Translations under genes and position numbers: made by a program
NCBI GenBank assembly: GCA_964291215.2
Contig: OZ219791.1
Coordinates: 1,664,001-1,728,000, forward strand
Reading direction: 5' to 3'
DNA from: Alphaproteobacteria bacterium
Lineage (GTDB): Bacteria; Pseudomonadota; Alphaproteobacteria; MPNO01; UBA830
DNA: 64,000 nucleotides
Notes under the pieces: model-generated
The model's database searches: none
What the model saw: the letters and a program-made list of their open reading frames with translations, nothing else
What the model was told of the DNA's origin: nothing
Part shown: in pieces, positions 38,953-49,595 of the stretch
How positions within the stretch are numbered: the first letter of the stretch is position 1
Layout: each line of letters begins with the position of its first letter

Positions 38953-39777
38953 TCAGGTGTAGTACGGGTTGGCACCGGCGGCGTGGTCGGTGACGTCGAC
39001 GACATGGGCGATGGACGGCACCAGCCGCTTGATCTCGACCTCGACGCCCTGACGCAGCGTTGCCGATGAGGCGGAGCATCCCTGGCATCCGCCTTCGAGT
39101 CGAACGAAAGCGGTATTTTCCTTGACGTCGATCAGCGAGATATGGCCGCCATGGGCGGCAACCTGCGGATTTATGTGCACGTCCAGCAATTCGAGGATTG
39201 CCTTGCCTTCCTCGGTCTGCAGTCCCGGCCGGTCCTCCAGTTCGATGGCGTCCCGCACATCCTCGACCTCGGGAACGTAGTGTCCGAGCATGTTCCGGAT
39301 CGGTTGCATCAGCCCGTAGGCGGCTCCGTCGAAACGCAGATAGGCAACGTTGTCACGAAAGTCGACGAAGGAGACATCGCCACCGCCGTCCCTGGCCGCC
39401 GGACGGATGCGGGTTTCGACGATTTCCGCGATTTCGGCAGCGGGACCTGTCAACTCCCGATCCTCTTCGGCATCCGGCCGGACCGTGGCCTGTTCCTCGA
39501 TGACGGGCATGCCCGACATGAAATGGTCCATGATCGCGGCGAGGATGCGCGGCCGCAATTCGTGCCATTCAGCGTCCGGAGTCCGCGTCACGCGTATCTC
39601 GTCCGTGCCGAGCGCGATCCGCGAGATCGATCCGAGTTCGAACAACCGTTTTGCCAGCGGGATTCTCGCGGCCTCCGCCGGCGACGCCAGATCGAGGCTG
39701 CCGCTCGCGAGCACCTCGCGGCCGGGCAGAAACCTGACGGTCTCGGCACTCAGTGTGTCTTCGGTCTGTATGAACAT
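38953..39777 (-). CDS. NifU/NFU1-family Fe-S scaffold with a duplicated C-terminal domain
   Basis: MFIQTE..(Nfu_N); IRPAARDGGGDV (no CxxC); INPQVAAHGG..GGCQGC. Confidence 0.85.
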   Translation of the reverse strand: MFIQTEDTLSAETVRFLPGREVLASGSLDLASPAEAARIPLAKRLFELGSISRIALGTDEIRVTRTPDAEWHELRPRILAAIMDHFMSGMPVIEEQATVRPDAEEDRELTGPAAEIAEIVETRIRPAARDGGGDVSFVDFRDNVAYLRFDGAAYGLMQPIRNMLGHYVPEVEDVRDAIELEDRPGLQTEEGKAILELLDVHINPQVAAHGGHISLIDVKENTAFVRLEGGCQGCSASSATLRQGVEVEIKRLVPSIAHVVDVTDHAAGANPYYT

Positions 39778-40068
39778 CGCTTCTTCCCGTCTCGATCCCG
39801 TGAAACCTCCGGCAATGACAGACAAACTAGGGTTTTTGCGGAAAAATGAAAGGGGCCGTGGCCATCCCGAAGGCCTGCCGCCATCCCCGCGACCTGCTGA
39901 CACGCGGCCGGGATGTCGCTTCCGCCAGCGCCCCGGTGTGGATGTGGGCGCTCCTGCAAGGGGTCCTGGCGGACGTTGCGTGAAGCGGCACGGCTGCGGA
40001 TCCGGTGCGCCGGCTGCCCGGTCATTTTCTCGTGTCGCTTGCTCCGCCGCCGCGGCACAAGGCGGGAG

Positions 40069-41103
40069 TTACAGCTGCCTTCGGCCGAAACGAGGCCTTC
40101 GCGCTGCGCCCTGCCAGGCCCAGATCGCGCACGAAAAGAGAACCATGGCGCCCGCCTGATGTGCCCAGGCAATGGAGAGCGGGGCGCTGTAGACCACCGC
40201 AACCGCACCGAGGGCGAACTGGCAGGCGGCGGTGGCGGCCATTGCTGACAGGCGGCGCGCAAAGCCCCTCCGGCGGGCGGTGAGCCACAGGGCGAATATC
40301 GCGCCGAGCGTCGCTAGTGCCAGGACGCGATGCGTGAACTGGATCGTTGCGACGTTCTCGAACAGATTCCGCCACCACGGATGCAGGGTCATCGCTTCCG
40401 GGGGCACCACGTGGCCGTCCATCAGGGGAAAGCTGTTGTAGACCCCGCCGCCGTCAAGCCCTGCCAGAAACGCGCCCATGATCATGGTTGCGACGACCAT
40501 GCCGGTGACCAGAATGATGGCGCCGACCGATCCGCTGTCCCGACGGCGCCCGGCGCGGAACATGTCGAGGCCGCCATGGAGCAGGAAGCCGTATATCAGA
40601 ACGGCCAGGCCGAGATGGGCGGCAAGCCGGTACTGGCTGACCGATGGCTCGTCCACGAGCCCCGACTTCACCATGTACCAGCCAAGGAAGCCCTGCAATC
40701 CGCCGAGGACGAAGGGAACCGCGAGCCGGAATATCATGCGTCCGGGTAGCCGGTATCGCACGGCAAACCAGACAAAGGGCAGGAAATAGGCGACGCCGAT
40801 GATGCGGCCGAAGAGCCGGTGGAGATATTCGAGCCAGAAGATGCCCCGGAAATCCTCGAGCGTCATCCAGGAATTGACAAGCCGGAATTCCGGGGTCTGC
40901 CGATAGGCCTCGTAGACGGACAGCCATTGTTCATGGCCGAGAGGGGGCAGCCAGCCCGTGAGCGGCCGCCAGTCGACCATCGAAAGGCCGGAACCGGTCA
41001 GCCGGGTGAGGCCTCCGAGGAGAACCATCAGGAAGACAAGGGCCGCGCAGGCGAGCAGCCAGATTCCGATCGCGCGCGCAGGAAAAGGTGATGTTGCCGT
41101 CAT
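40069..41103 (-). CDS. ctaA: Heme A synthase COX15/CtaA
   Basis: GGLTRLTGSGLS, FWLEYLHR, GWYMVKSGL, YRLAAHL, QFTHR, HQAGA. Confidence 0.95.
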   Translation of the reverse strand: MTATSPFPARAIGIWLLACAALVFLMVLLGGLTRLTGSGLSMVDWRPLTGWLPPLGHEQWLSVYEAYRQTPEFRLVNSWMTLEDFRGIFWLEYLHRLFGRIIGVAYFLPFVWFAVRYRLPGRMIFRLAVPFVLGGLQGFLGWYMVKSGLVDEPSVSQYRLAAHLGLAVLIYGFLLHGGLDMFRAGRRRDSGSVGAIILVTGMVVATMIMGAFLAGLDGGGVYNSFPLMDGHVVPPEAMTLHPWWRNLFENVATIQFTHRVLALATLGAIFALWLTARRRGFARRLSAMAATAACQFALGAVAVVYSAPLSIAWAHQAGAMVLFSCAIWAWQGAARRPRFGRRQL

Positions 41104-41363
41104 CCCGTATTTTCGAGCACAGCGCCGGTTCGGGCGGGGAATCCCGCGATCATCCCGACTTCCGGAACATTCGCGGCGTCATGGCTGTCCCGGCTGACGA
41201 TACTGACCGCTCGTTTTTCGGGAATCCGCCTGACGTGGTTCTCGGGAACGGTCGTGGGTCGAGCCTCTCTTCGGACCGGCCGGACGAGGCGCAAAGGCGC
41301 TTGCTGCGCATATTCCCGCTGCGGCCAGCGGTCCGGCCGCAGCGCGGGCCGCGACATACCGGT

Positions 41364-41915
41364 TCACGCCATCGCCGGCTCGCGGGCAAGCTTACGGTAT
41401 GTGGTCAGCGGCGGCGGCCGGCTGTCGGTCCATGCCTTGAGATCGTCATGCGCGCGGTCGCGGGCCGTCTGGCGTGCGTCCTCGCCAGTGACTTCACAGG
41501 TGATCTCCAGCCGCATGCCGTTCGGGTCGAAGAAATAGATCGACTGGACGAACCCGTGGTCGGTTATGCCGACGACCTCGATTCCGGCATCTTCGAGCCG
41601 CGCTCTCCAGGTCTCGACCTCGACGACGGTGTTCACCGCCATCGCGAAGTGATTGACCCACGATGGTGTCTCCGGATCGGGGGTGCACGCGGTCTCGTCG
41701 CCGAGATCGAAGAAGGCTATGTAGCTCCCGTCCGCAAACTCGAAGAACAGGTGTACGTAGGGGTCCGAGGCGCCCGTGCTCGGCACCGTGTCCGCCTTGA
41801 TCACGTGCGCAAGCGGCAGTCCGAGCAGGTCTTCGTAGAAGCTCCTCGTCTCCTCGGCGTTGCGGCAGCGGTAGGCGAAGTGGTGCAGTCCGCTTATCCG
41901 GTCCAACTGGGTCAT
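41364..41915 (-). CDS. VOC/glyoxalase family protein
   Basis: LHHFAYRC, YVHLFF, DHGFVQSIYFFDPNGMRLE. Confidence 0.9.
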   Translation of the reverse strand: MTQLDRISGLHHFAYRCRNAEETRSFYEDLLGLPLAHVIKADTVPSTGASDPYVHLFFEFADGSYIAFFDLGDETACTPDPETPSWVNHFAMAVNTVVEVETWRARLEDAGIEVVGITDHGFVQSIYFFDPNGMRLEITCEVTGEDARQTARDRAHDDLKAWTDSRPPPLTTYRKLAREPAMA

Positions 41916-41969
41916 CGTCAGGGCCTCCGAATGATCTCAGGGCGAAAACGGAAAGACCGGCCGGGAGGG

Positions 41970-42443
41970 CTATAGCGTCCAGGCAGCCACGCGTCGGCGG
42001 ATTTCGGCGAGGGTCGAGACGACGCCGCTGAAATAGCTCTGCGACATGCGCTCGGCATAGGCTGCTTCCTCGTCACTCCCGTGCGCGATGCCGTCGACTT
42101 CGAGCGAGAAGCTGAAACGCAACTCAAGTTCACCGTCGTCACGTTCGATGATTTCGTTCGTGACGGTGCCCATTGCGGAACTCCGTGTACGCTCGAAGAC
42201 GATCCGGTTTTCCGGCTCCATCGTAACACGTTCCTGCATGTCTTCGCCACGCAGGGTGAAGTCACGCAGCAGCCAGTTCTCGCCGCGCTCGACAATCGTG
42301 CAGGCGCTCATCGAGTCGAGAAACGGAACCGGGTTTTCCGCCTTCAGCAACAGCCCCTGCCAGATCTCGTGGCGGGAGAGGGGCGGGCCGTCGCCCCGCA
42401 GTTCCGGATCGTTCACCGGTACGGCATGGCTCAGTGTGAACAT
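41970..42443 (-). CDS. SRPBCC/AtaL-like (DUF1857) protein
   Basis: PVN..LSR.EIWQGLLLKAENPVPF, G.V.NEI...ELELRFSF. Confidence 0.75.
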   Translation of the reverse strand: MFTLSHAVPVNDPELRGDGPPLSRHEIWQGLLLKAENPVPFLDSMSACTIVERGENWLLRDFTLRGEDMQERVTMEPENRIVFERTRSSAMGTVTNEIIERDDGELELRFSFSLEVDGIAHGSDEEAAYAERMSQSYFSGVVSTLAEIRRRVAAWTL

Positions 42444-43051
42444 GTGCGCATTCTCCCCATCCGCCATCTCATCACGGAACACCGGTGGGGGTCAACGCGA
42501 TGACATGTCTGACATGCCGATCTCCTTTGGGAATAGGTGAGAAACATCTCTTCGGGAGACCGTGCGATTCCAGCTTCGGCCCGGGTGAGCATCTGTTGAT
42601 AGGAAATCCGCGTTTCGGTCGATCCCGGCATGAGAAATATCACTGCTACGCTGCCCTACGATCTCGCGACATGACCGCGTTGGTCAGGTCTGGCCTCCTT
42701 GACCGCGGCGAAGGTGGCCGCATGAGCTTCTCCTAATAACGGTGTCCGCATGGAAGTGGATCTCATGCACGCCACCTGACGGAGCCGCGTGATATGGACC
42801 GCATTGTTGGCAAGGCACGATGGGCTGGTCTTGCGAAGCGCGTCGGGAGCCGTGCGAACGCAGCTTGGCGCCAGTCGCCACAGTCGTTTGAGAGAGATGG
42901 GGAACGTGCGTCGGCCGGAGGCCGGATCACGAAGTTCCATCGCGCGTTGATACGGTACCGGCCGCCGAAACGCGAGGTATCGCTGCCGTAGCGATGACCG
43001 CCGTGCGACTCGGCTGTGAACGACATACGGAATCGCGAAGCCGCTTTCCGC

Positions 43052-43516
43052 TCAGTCGCGGGACCGGCCCGCCATCATGCGCACGGCGCGGTACTGGATC
43101 ACCGTTTCGCCCTTCTGGTTCACGATCTGGTTGTCTGTGGTGACGATGCCCCGGTTACCCTTCCTCGTCGGACGTATGGTGGTGACCTCGACCTCTGCGT
43201 GAACGGTGTCGCCCGCGAATACAGGCGCGAGGACCTTCTTCTCGACTTCGAGAAGCGCAAGCCCGGTCTCCTGCATGACGGACTGGCACAGGAGGCCCTC
43301 GATCATGGTGTAGGTGCAAGCTGCGGGGACCACCCGGCCGCCCATCAGCCCGCCACCCTTGTCGCCGAAGGTCAGATCGGTGAACAGCGTCTCGACCATG
43401 CCGGTCACGCCGATGAAGTTGATGATGTCCGCCTCGGTGATCGTGCGGTTGAGTGTCCTGAATTGCTGGCCGACTTCCAGTTCGTCCCAGTGGAGACCGA
43501 TGCCCATTGTCTTCAT
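43052..43516 (-). CDS. MaoC/hotdog-fold dehydratase
   Basis: RTITEADI..F, PVFAGDT, NQKGE. Confidence 0.88.
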   Translation of the reverse strand: MKTMGIGLHWDELEVGQQFRTLNRTITEADIINFIGVTGMVETLFTDLTFGDKGGGLMGGRVVPAACTYTMIEGLLCQSVMQETGLALLEVEKKVLAPVFAGDTVHAEVEVTTIRPTRKGNRGIVTTDNQIVNQKGETVIQYRAVRMMAGRSRD

Positions 43517-44727
43517 GACCCGTTCCTTTCCTCTGACGGCCGGCTGGTCTCTCCGGATCCGGCCAGCGCCGCGATTTCGTCATCGTTGAGCCCGGCCTCG
43601 CGCAGGACCTCGGCACCGTGCTCGCCGAGGCCGGGCTGCAGCCGCGCGATTTCGCCGGGTGTGCGGCTGAAACGCACCGGCGCATCCACCATCGTGATCG
43701 CGCCCTCGCGCGGATGCACCACATCGTTGAACAGACCCACGGCCTGGAGATGCGGGTCGTCCGTGAGATCCTCGAGCGGCGCCACGCGCCCGCAGGGTAT
43801 TTCGAGGCGCGTGAAAACCTCGAGCCAGTCGTCGGTGGGCCGCTCGGCGACGAACGAGGCCGCCAGCGCGTAGACTTCGTCGATGTTGTCGGCACGGCTT
43901 CCGAGCGTGTCGAAGCGCGGATCGGCTGCGTATTCCGGATGGCCGACTTCGGCCCAGAAGCGCTGCCACTGGGCATCGGTGTAGATGAGGGTGCAGATAT
44001 GGCCGTCGAGCGTCCTGTAGGGACGGCGCGACTGCGCTAGCACGCGCGTGTAGCCGAGTGGCCCCTCGGGCGGATCGAACACGTGCCCGTAGAGGTGATC
44101 CGCCATATTGAAAGCGACCATGGTTTCGAACATCGGCACCTCGACGAACTGGCCGAGGCCCGATCTCTCGCGCTCGAAGAGCGCGGCGGTGATGGCATAG
44201 GCGGCGACGAGTCCGCAGGTCTTGTCTGCCATGATCGTCGGCATGTAGCGGGGCTCGCCAATCAGCCGCGCCATCAGGTCGACGCTGCCGCTCATGCCCT
44301 GGATGACATCGTCGTAGGCCGGCGTTCCGCCGTACGGCCCGTCCACGCGGAATCCGTGGATCCCGGCATAGATCAGGCGCGGATTGCGGGCGGAGACTTC
44401 CTCGTAGCCGAAACCTAGCCGTGCGACGGCCTGCGGCCGGATGGAATGGACGAACACGTCGGCGCCGTCGATGAGGCGCCACAGCGCGTCGCGCGCGGCC
44501 TCCTGTTTCAGGTCGAGCACGATCGAGCGCTTGTTGCGGTTGAGGCCCATGAACAGCGCCGCCATGTCCGGAGACCTCCGCGGTCCGGTGTGGCGCGTCG
44601 TGTCGCCTGCCGGACTCTCGATCTTGATCACGTCGGCCCCGAGATCGCCGAGGATCTGGGTTGCCAGCGGCCCCAGGACCACCGAGGTAAGGTCGAGGAC
44701 GCGAACGCCGGCGAGCGGCCCGCTCAT
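43513..44727 (-). CDS. CaiB/BaiF family III CoA-transferase
   Basis: PLAGVRVLDL, LGDLGADVIKIE, NRNKRSI, AYDDVIQ, LGEH. Confidence 0.93.
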   Translation of the reverse strand: MSGPLAGVRVLDLTSVVLGPLATQILGDLGADVIKIESPAGDTTRHTGPRRSPDMAALFMGLNRNKRSIVLDLKQEAARDALWRLIDGADVFVHSIRPQAVARLGFGYEEVSARNPRLIYAGIHGFRVDGPYGGTPAYDDVIQGMSGSVDLMARLIGEPRYMPTIMADKTCGLVAAYAITAALFERERSGLGQFVEVPMFETMVAFNMADHLYGHVFDPPEGPLGYTRVLAQSRRPYRTLDGHICTLIYTDAQWQRFWAEVGHPEYAADPRFDTLGSRADNIDEVYALAASFVAERPTDDWLEVFTRLEIPCGRVAPLEDLTDDPHLQAVGLFNDVVHPREGAITMVDAPVRFSRTPGEIARLQPGLGEHGAEVLREAGLNDDEIAALAGSGETSRPSEERNGS

Positions 44728-45665
44728 GAAGAGAGCGTCTCCCGCATCGCGGCGAGTGTTTCCATCTGTTCGCGATCCCGGGTGCCCGTGAAGCGGACGC
44801 ACAGATGAGACGCTCCGGCGTCGGCAAACTGCCGCAGCCAGGCTGTGACTTTGGACAGGTTGCCTGCGTAGCAGTACTGCTGTTCACGAATGCGCGCGGC
44901 CGGAAGGAGGTAGTAGGCCTCAAGATAGGCGTCGAGTTCGGCCTCGGCCCGCGCGCTGTTGACGGCGACGGTCACGTAGGCGGCGCCGGTGACCTCCGCC
45001 GGATCGCGTCCCGCTGCAACCGCCGCTTCTTGCACCTGCGTCCATCCCCGGCCCCAGCTCTCGCCGTTGCCCGGCCCCGACGGGAACCAACCGTCAAAAT
45101 TCCGCCCGCACCGCGCGAGTGCGGCAGGTACGCCGCCGCCGGACCAGATCCGAGGACCTCCGGGTGTGAACGGCGTCGGTGCCAGTTCGCCGCCATTGAC
45201 CGTCCAGCGCCCCGACCAGTTAGTCTTGCCGTTGTCGGCCCAGAGAGCCCGGCACAGGCGGATGCCTTCCATCATCGTGCCGATCCGCTTTTCGAACGGA
45301 ACTCCGGCCGCGGTGAATTCGGCGCGAATCGCCGGAGTGTCGCGCGCGATGCCGATGCCGAGCACGAAGCGGCCCTCGCTGATGTGGTCGATGGTTGCGA
45401 GCTGGTGTGCCAGCAGGACCGGGTTGCGCAGCATCGGCAGGAGTACCGCGGTGCCGAGGCGGACGGCGCTGGTGCGGCTGGCGATCGCGGAAATCAGCGT
45501 CAGCGGCTCGTGGCGTGGTTTTGCAAGCAGCGAGTCTCCGACCCAGACGGCGTCAAGCCCGACGGCTTCGGCATGAACTCCGAGTTCGATGATCTCGCGG
45601 GTCTCGTGCACTCCCGCCATCACCCGTTCCCTTGTCGGCAGCAGATAACCGAGGCTGATCGTCAT
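44724..45665 (-). CDS. LLM-class flavin/F420-dependent oxidoreductase
   Basis: VWVGDS..PRHEP, LGTAVLL, ISEGRFVLGIG. Confidence 0.88.
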   Translation of the reverse strand: MTISLGYLLPTRERVMAGVHETREIIELGVHAEAVGLDAVWVGDSLLAKPRHEPLTLISAIASRTSAVRLGTAVLLPMLRNPVLLAHQLATIDHISEGRFVLGIGIARDTPAIRAEFTAAGVPFEKRIGTMMEGIRLCRALWADNGKTNWSGRWTVNGGELAPTPFTPGGPRIWSGGGVPAALARCGRNFDGWFPSGPGNGESWGRGWTQVQEAAVAAGRDPAEVTGAAYVTVAVNSARAEAELDAYLEAYYLLPAARIREQQYCYAGNLSKVTAWLRQFADAGASHLCVRFTGTRDREQMETLAAMRETLSS

Positions 45666-46028
45666 CGGCAGTGTCTTCCTGTCTCCGGGCGCACCGTGTC
45701 GCGCTTGCCCCGCTTCATAGCCGAGCAGCGCGCCGTCGTCATCCACAGCGTCTGTGCCCCACGATGGTTTCATGCTGATTCGGAGACGCGAAATCCGAGT
45801 GCGTTGGGCTCGCGTTATCGCAGATCGCCCCTTGATCGCGATTTTTCGCGCCGAGAAGGCCTCATCGAGCCTTGGCGGCACGATTGCAGCGCGACGCAGA
45901 CCGAAAAATCTCGCTAGTCGCCGCTGGATGAGCAACGTGGAATTGTCGTGCCCGCGCCCGGCCGCCGACTTATGGCCATTCCCGCGGTGGTAAACTATGA
46001 TGCCGCCGGAACGAGAACGGAGAGAGCC

Positions 46029-47198
46029 ATGCAGTGCTTCCTGTTTCATCTCATGCCCTATGCGGATCTCGATCTCGAGTACGATAAGCACTACAAGGCG
46101 TCTTGGGTCGTCTATCCGAACTCGAACTTTGACCCGAAGGTGGGCAACTATCTCTACAACATCTATCTCGACGAGCTTGAGCTCGGCGAGGAACTCGGGT
46201 TCGACGGGCTCTGCGTCAACGAACACCATCAGAACGCCTACGGGCTGATGCCGTCTCCGGTGGTCCCGGCGTCAGCCCTGGCGCGGCGTACGTCGCGCAC
46301 CAGGATCGCCATTCTGGGCAATGCCTTCGGCATCCGCGAGCACCCGCTGACGCTGGCCGAAGAGCACGCGATGATCGACTGCATCACCGGCGGCCGCCTG
46401 ATTAGCGGCATGGTCCGCGGCATCGGCGCCGAGTACTATTCCCTTGCGGCCAATCCCGCCTTCAGCCACGACCGCTTTCACGAGGCGCACGACCTCGTGG
46501 TGCGCGCCTGGACCGAGGAAGGTCCCTTCGCATTCGAGGGCAAGCACTATCATTTCGAGTACGTGAACGTATGGCCGCGGCCGTTCCAGCAACCCCATCC
46601 GCCGATCTGGTGCCCGTCGCAGGGTTCTCTCGAGACAATCGAGTTCGCGGCGCACCCCGAGCGCAAGTACACCTACCTGCAGACCTACAGCCCGTTCGAC
46701 GCGGTACGGAAGTTCCTGCATCTGTATCGCGAGGTAGCGCGCGACACCTATGGCTACGAGGCCGTCGATGCGCAGGTCGGGTGGGCTGCGCCAATCTATG
46801 TCGGCGAGACCGACGAGCAGGCGATCGAGGAAGCGCGGCCGCACATGGAGGCCTTCTTCAACAAGTTTCTGCGCATGACGCCGGAAATGCTCCTGCCGCC
46901 CGGCTACCTGACGCTTCGCTCCTACAAGAACGTCATGAAGCACAAGAGCGGCCTGTCGAAGGTGCGGTCGATCGAGGAGTTGATGGAGACCGGCATCGTG
47001 GTCGTCGGTTCTCCCGACACCGTGCGCCGGCGCCTCGAGTACTGCCATGCCGAAGCCGGCATCGGTACCTTCCTCGGCATGTTCCAGGTCGCCAGCATGA
47101 AGCATGACATGACGGTCGCCAGCATGCGCCGCTTCGCCCGCGACGTGTTGCCTGCACTGCGCGAGTTCGGCGCCGCCGAGCGCGTCGCGGCGCAATAG
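46029..47198 (+). CDS. LLM-class flavin monooxygenase (paralogue A)
   Basis: LFHLMPY, GFDGLCVNEHHQ, GGRLISGMVRG, PRPFQQPHPPIW. Confidence 0.92.
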   Translation: MQCFLFHLMPYADLDLEYDKHYKASWVVYPNSNFDPKVGNYLYNIYLDELELGEELGFDGLCVNEHHQNAYGLMPSPVVPASALARRTSRTRIAILGNAFGIREHPLTLAEEHAMIDCITGGRLISGMVRGIGAEYYSLAANPAFSHDRFHEAHDLVVRAWTEEGPFAFEGKHYHFEYVNVWPRPFQQPHPPIWCPSQGSLETIEFAAHPERKYTYLQTYSPFDAVRKFLHLYREVARDTYGYEAVDAQVGWAAPIYVGETDEQAIEEARPHMEAFFNKFLRMTPEMLLPPGYLTLRSYKNVMKHKSGLSKVRSIEELMETGIVVVGSPDTVRRRLEYCHAEAGIGTFLGMFQVASMKHDMTVASMRRFARDVLPALREFGAAERVAAQ

Positions 47199-47261
47199 CC
47201 GGCTCCCGGGCGGGGCGACCGTCCGGAGCCTGCGGCCGCCGTGCAGGGAGGTGCGTAGCGG

Positions 47262-48458
47262 ATGAAGGTCTACCTGTTCCACCTGATGCCTTACGGGTAT
47301 ATCGATCCGGAGTACGACCGGGAATATCCGTCCTGCTGGGTGATCTATCCGAATTCGAAATTCGATCCCCGGAAGGGATTCGAGCTCTATAACCGCTATC
47401 TCGACGAGATCGAGTATGCGGAGGAGTTGGGATTCGACGGCGTCTGCGTGAACGAGCACCACCAGAACGCCTACGGCCTCATGCCCTCGCCCGTGGTCAT
47501 GGCCGCGGCGCTGGCACGCCGCACCGAACGCGTCCGGATCGCCATACTCGGCAACGCCTTCGGCATCCGCGACCATCCCCAAACGCTGGCCGAAGAGCAC
47601 GCGATGATCGACTGCATCACCGGCGGCCGCCTGATCAGCGGCATGGTGCGCGGGCTCGGCTGCGAATACTATTCTCTCGGTTCCAATCCCGCCCTCAGTC
47701 ACGAGCGCTTCCACGAGGCGCACGACCTCGTCATCCGCGCCTGGACCGAGGAGGGGCCGTTCGCGTTCGAGGGCAAGCACTATCATTTCGAGTACGTGAA
47801 CACCTGGCCGCGGCCATACCAGCAGCCGCATCCGCCGATCTGGGTGCCGAGCCAAGGCTCGCGCGAGACCATAGAGTGGGCTGCTCACCCGGACCGCAAA
47901 TACACCTATCTCCAGACCTATTCGCCGTTCCAGAACGTGGTCAGATTCCACGATGCCTACCGGCAGACCGCCCATGACAACGGCTATGCGGCAACCTCCG
48001 GCCAGCTCGGATGGGCAGCACCCGTCTATGTTGCGGAAACCTGCGAGGCGGCGATCAACGAGGCCCGGCCCCATGTCGAGATGTTCTTCAACAAGCTCCT
48101 GCGCTACACCCCCGAAATGCTGCTGCCTCCGGGCTACATGTCGGTCGCTTCGTACAAGCGCATCCTGAAGACCAAGTCGAGCCTCGTCTCGACCCATTCC
48201 ATCGAATCGCTGATGGAGCGCGACGTCATCATCGTCGGCGATCCGGATTCGGTCGGGCAGAAACTTGCGGAATGCCATGCGCGGGTCGGTCTCGGCTATT
48301 TCCTCGGCATGTTCCAGATCGCTTCGCTGCCGCGCGAACTGACGGTGCGGTCCATGGAGCTGTTTGCCCGCGAGGTCATGCCGGGGGCGATGGCGCTTCA
48401 TGGCGAAGGGCAGTGGGAACCCGGATACACCGAGGTCGCCACGCAGGCGGCGGAATAA
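47262..48458 (+). CDS. LLM-class flavin monooxygenase (paralogue B)
   Basis: Same motifs; long identical blocks shared with paralogue A. Confidence 0.92.
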   Translation: MKVYLFHLMPYGYIDPEYDREYPSCWVIYPNSKFDPRKGFELYNRYLDEIEYAEELGFDGVCVNEHHQNAYGLMPSPVVMAAALARRTERVRIAILGNAFGIRDHPQTLAEEHAMIDCITGGRLISGMVRGLGCEYYSLGSNPALSHERFHEAHDLVIRAWTEEGPFAFEGKHYHFEYVNTWPRPYQQPHPPIWVPSQGSRETIEWAAHPDRKYTYLQTYSPFQNVVRFHDAYRQTAHDNGYAATSGQLGWAAPVYVAETCEAAINEARPHVEMFFNKLLRYTPEMLLPPGYMSVASYKRILKTKSSLVSTHSIESLMERDVIIVGDPDSVGQKLAECHARVGLGYFLGMFQIASLPRELTVRSMELFAREVMPGAMALHGEGQWEPGYTEVATQAAE

Positions 48459-48503
48459 CGGGAACCCGGACATGTCGGCCACGTGCAACCGTCCGGTCTG
48501 GTC

Positions 48504-48881
48504 ATGACGGACAACAGTTCCGGGCCGGCGCTGTCGCCGCTCGCGACGGGGCTGGCGGCCAGATGCCCGCGCTGCGGAAAGGGCCGGCTCCTTGAAAAGG
48601 TTCTCGATGTCCGGGCGCGCTGCGACGTCTGCGGACTCGACTTGTCCAACCACGATTCCGGCGATGGGCCGGCCGTCTTCGTGATCCTGTTCCTGGGCGC
48701 CGTCGTCGTCGGCCTCGCGGTCGCGCTTGAGGTCGCGTTTACGCCGCCGATGTGGGTCCACGCGGCGGTATGGATTCCCCTGATCTTGGGACTTTCGATC
48801 GTGCTTTTGCGCCTGTTCAAGGGGGTCCTGATCGCCCTCCACTACAGGAACCTGCGCCACGAGTACCGCGATGGCTGCTGA
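48504..48881 (+). CDS. DUF983 family membrane protein
   Basis: CPRCGKGRL, CDVCG, DSGDGPA, two transmembrane helices. Confidence 0.88.
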   Translation: MTDNSSGPALSPLATGLAARCPRCGKGRLLEKVLDVRARCDVCGLDLSNHDSGDGPAVFVILFLGAVVVGLAVALEVAFTPPMWVHAAVWIPLILGLSIVLLRLFKGVLIALHYRNLRHEYRDGC

Positions 48882-49587
48882 GGTGCCGCGGCGCTGCCGG
48901 CTCCGCCTCGATCTCCGCCTGACCCTGTGCGCGGTGCCGGCGCTTGCCTTGCTGATCGGCCTCGGCGTCTGGCAGCTGCAGCGCCTCGAGTGGAAGGAGG
49001 GCCTCATCGCCGAGCGTGCGGCGCGGCTCGCGGCGCCGGCGCTTGCCATTGAAGACATTCGGGAGGCGGACTGGAAGGGGCTTGAGCATCGGCGGGTGCG
49101 TCTCTCCGGCCGCTATCTTCACGACCGCGAAATGCTGGTCGTCAACCGCCTTCGCCGCGGACGCGCGGGCTACGGGCTGGTGACACCGATGCTGCTCGGG
49201 GACGGCACTTCGGTCCTCGTGGACCGTGGCTGGGTTCCGCTCGAGTGGGCCGACCGCCGGCCTGCCGTCCGTCTGGCGGACGGCAGGCCGGCGGTCGGCA
49301 TGCTGCGCGCCGGCGGGCGCCTGAATTCGTGGCTGCCGGACAATGACCCCGCCGGCGCACAGTGGTTCTTCGTGGATGTGCCTCAGATGTCCGCCGCTGC
49401 CGGCCTGGAACGCGCGCGGCCGTATTACGTGCACCTGCTGTCGGCGGCGGGCCGGGCCGGGTTTCCGGAGCCGCAGGACGCGCGCGGGGGGATATCGAAC
49501 CGGCATCTCGAATACGCCCTGACCTGGTTTGCGCTGGCGGTGGTGCTCGTCGTCATTTTTGCGCTCTATCACTTGCGCCGGAGATAG
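48871..49587 (+). CDS. SURF1 family cytochrome oxidase biogenesis protein
   Basis: LGVWQLQRLEWK, VLVDRGWVP, NRHLEYALTWF. Confidence 0.93.
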   Translation: MAAEVPRRCRLRLDLRLTLCAVPALALLIGLGVWQLQRLEWKEGLIAERAARLAAPALAIEDIREADWKGLEHRRVRLSGRYLHDREMLVVNRLRRGRAGYGLVTPMLLGDGTSVLVDRGWVPLEWADRRPAVRLADGRPAVGMLRAGGRLNSWLPDNDPAGAQWFFVDVPQMSAAAGLERARPYYVHLLSAAGRAGFPEPQDARGGISNRHLEYALTWFALAVVLVVIFALYHLRRR

Positions 49588-49595
49588 GAGGGACC

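Noticed and set aside
46272-49058. 928-aa minus-strand ORF with an internal repeat
   Set aside because: Antisense shadow of the tandem LLM genes
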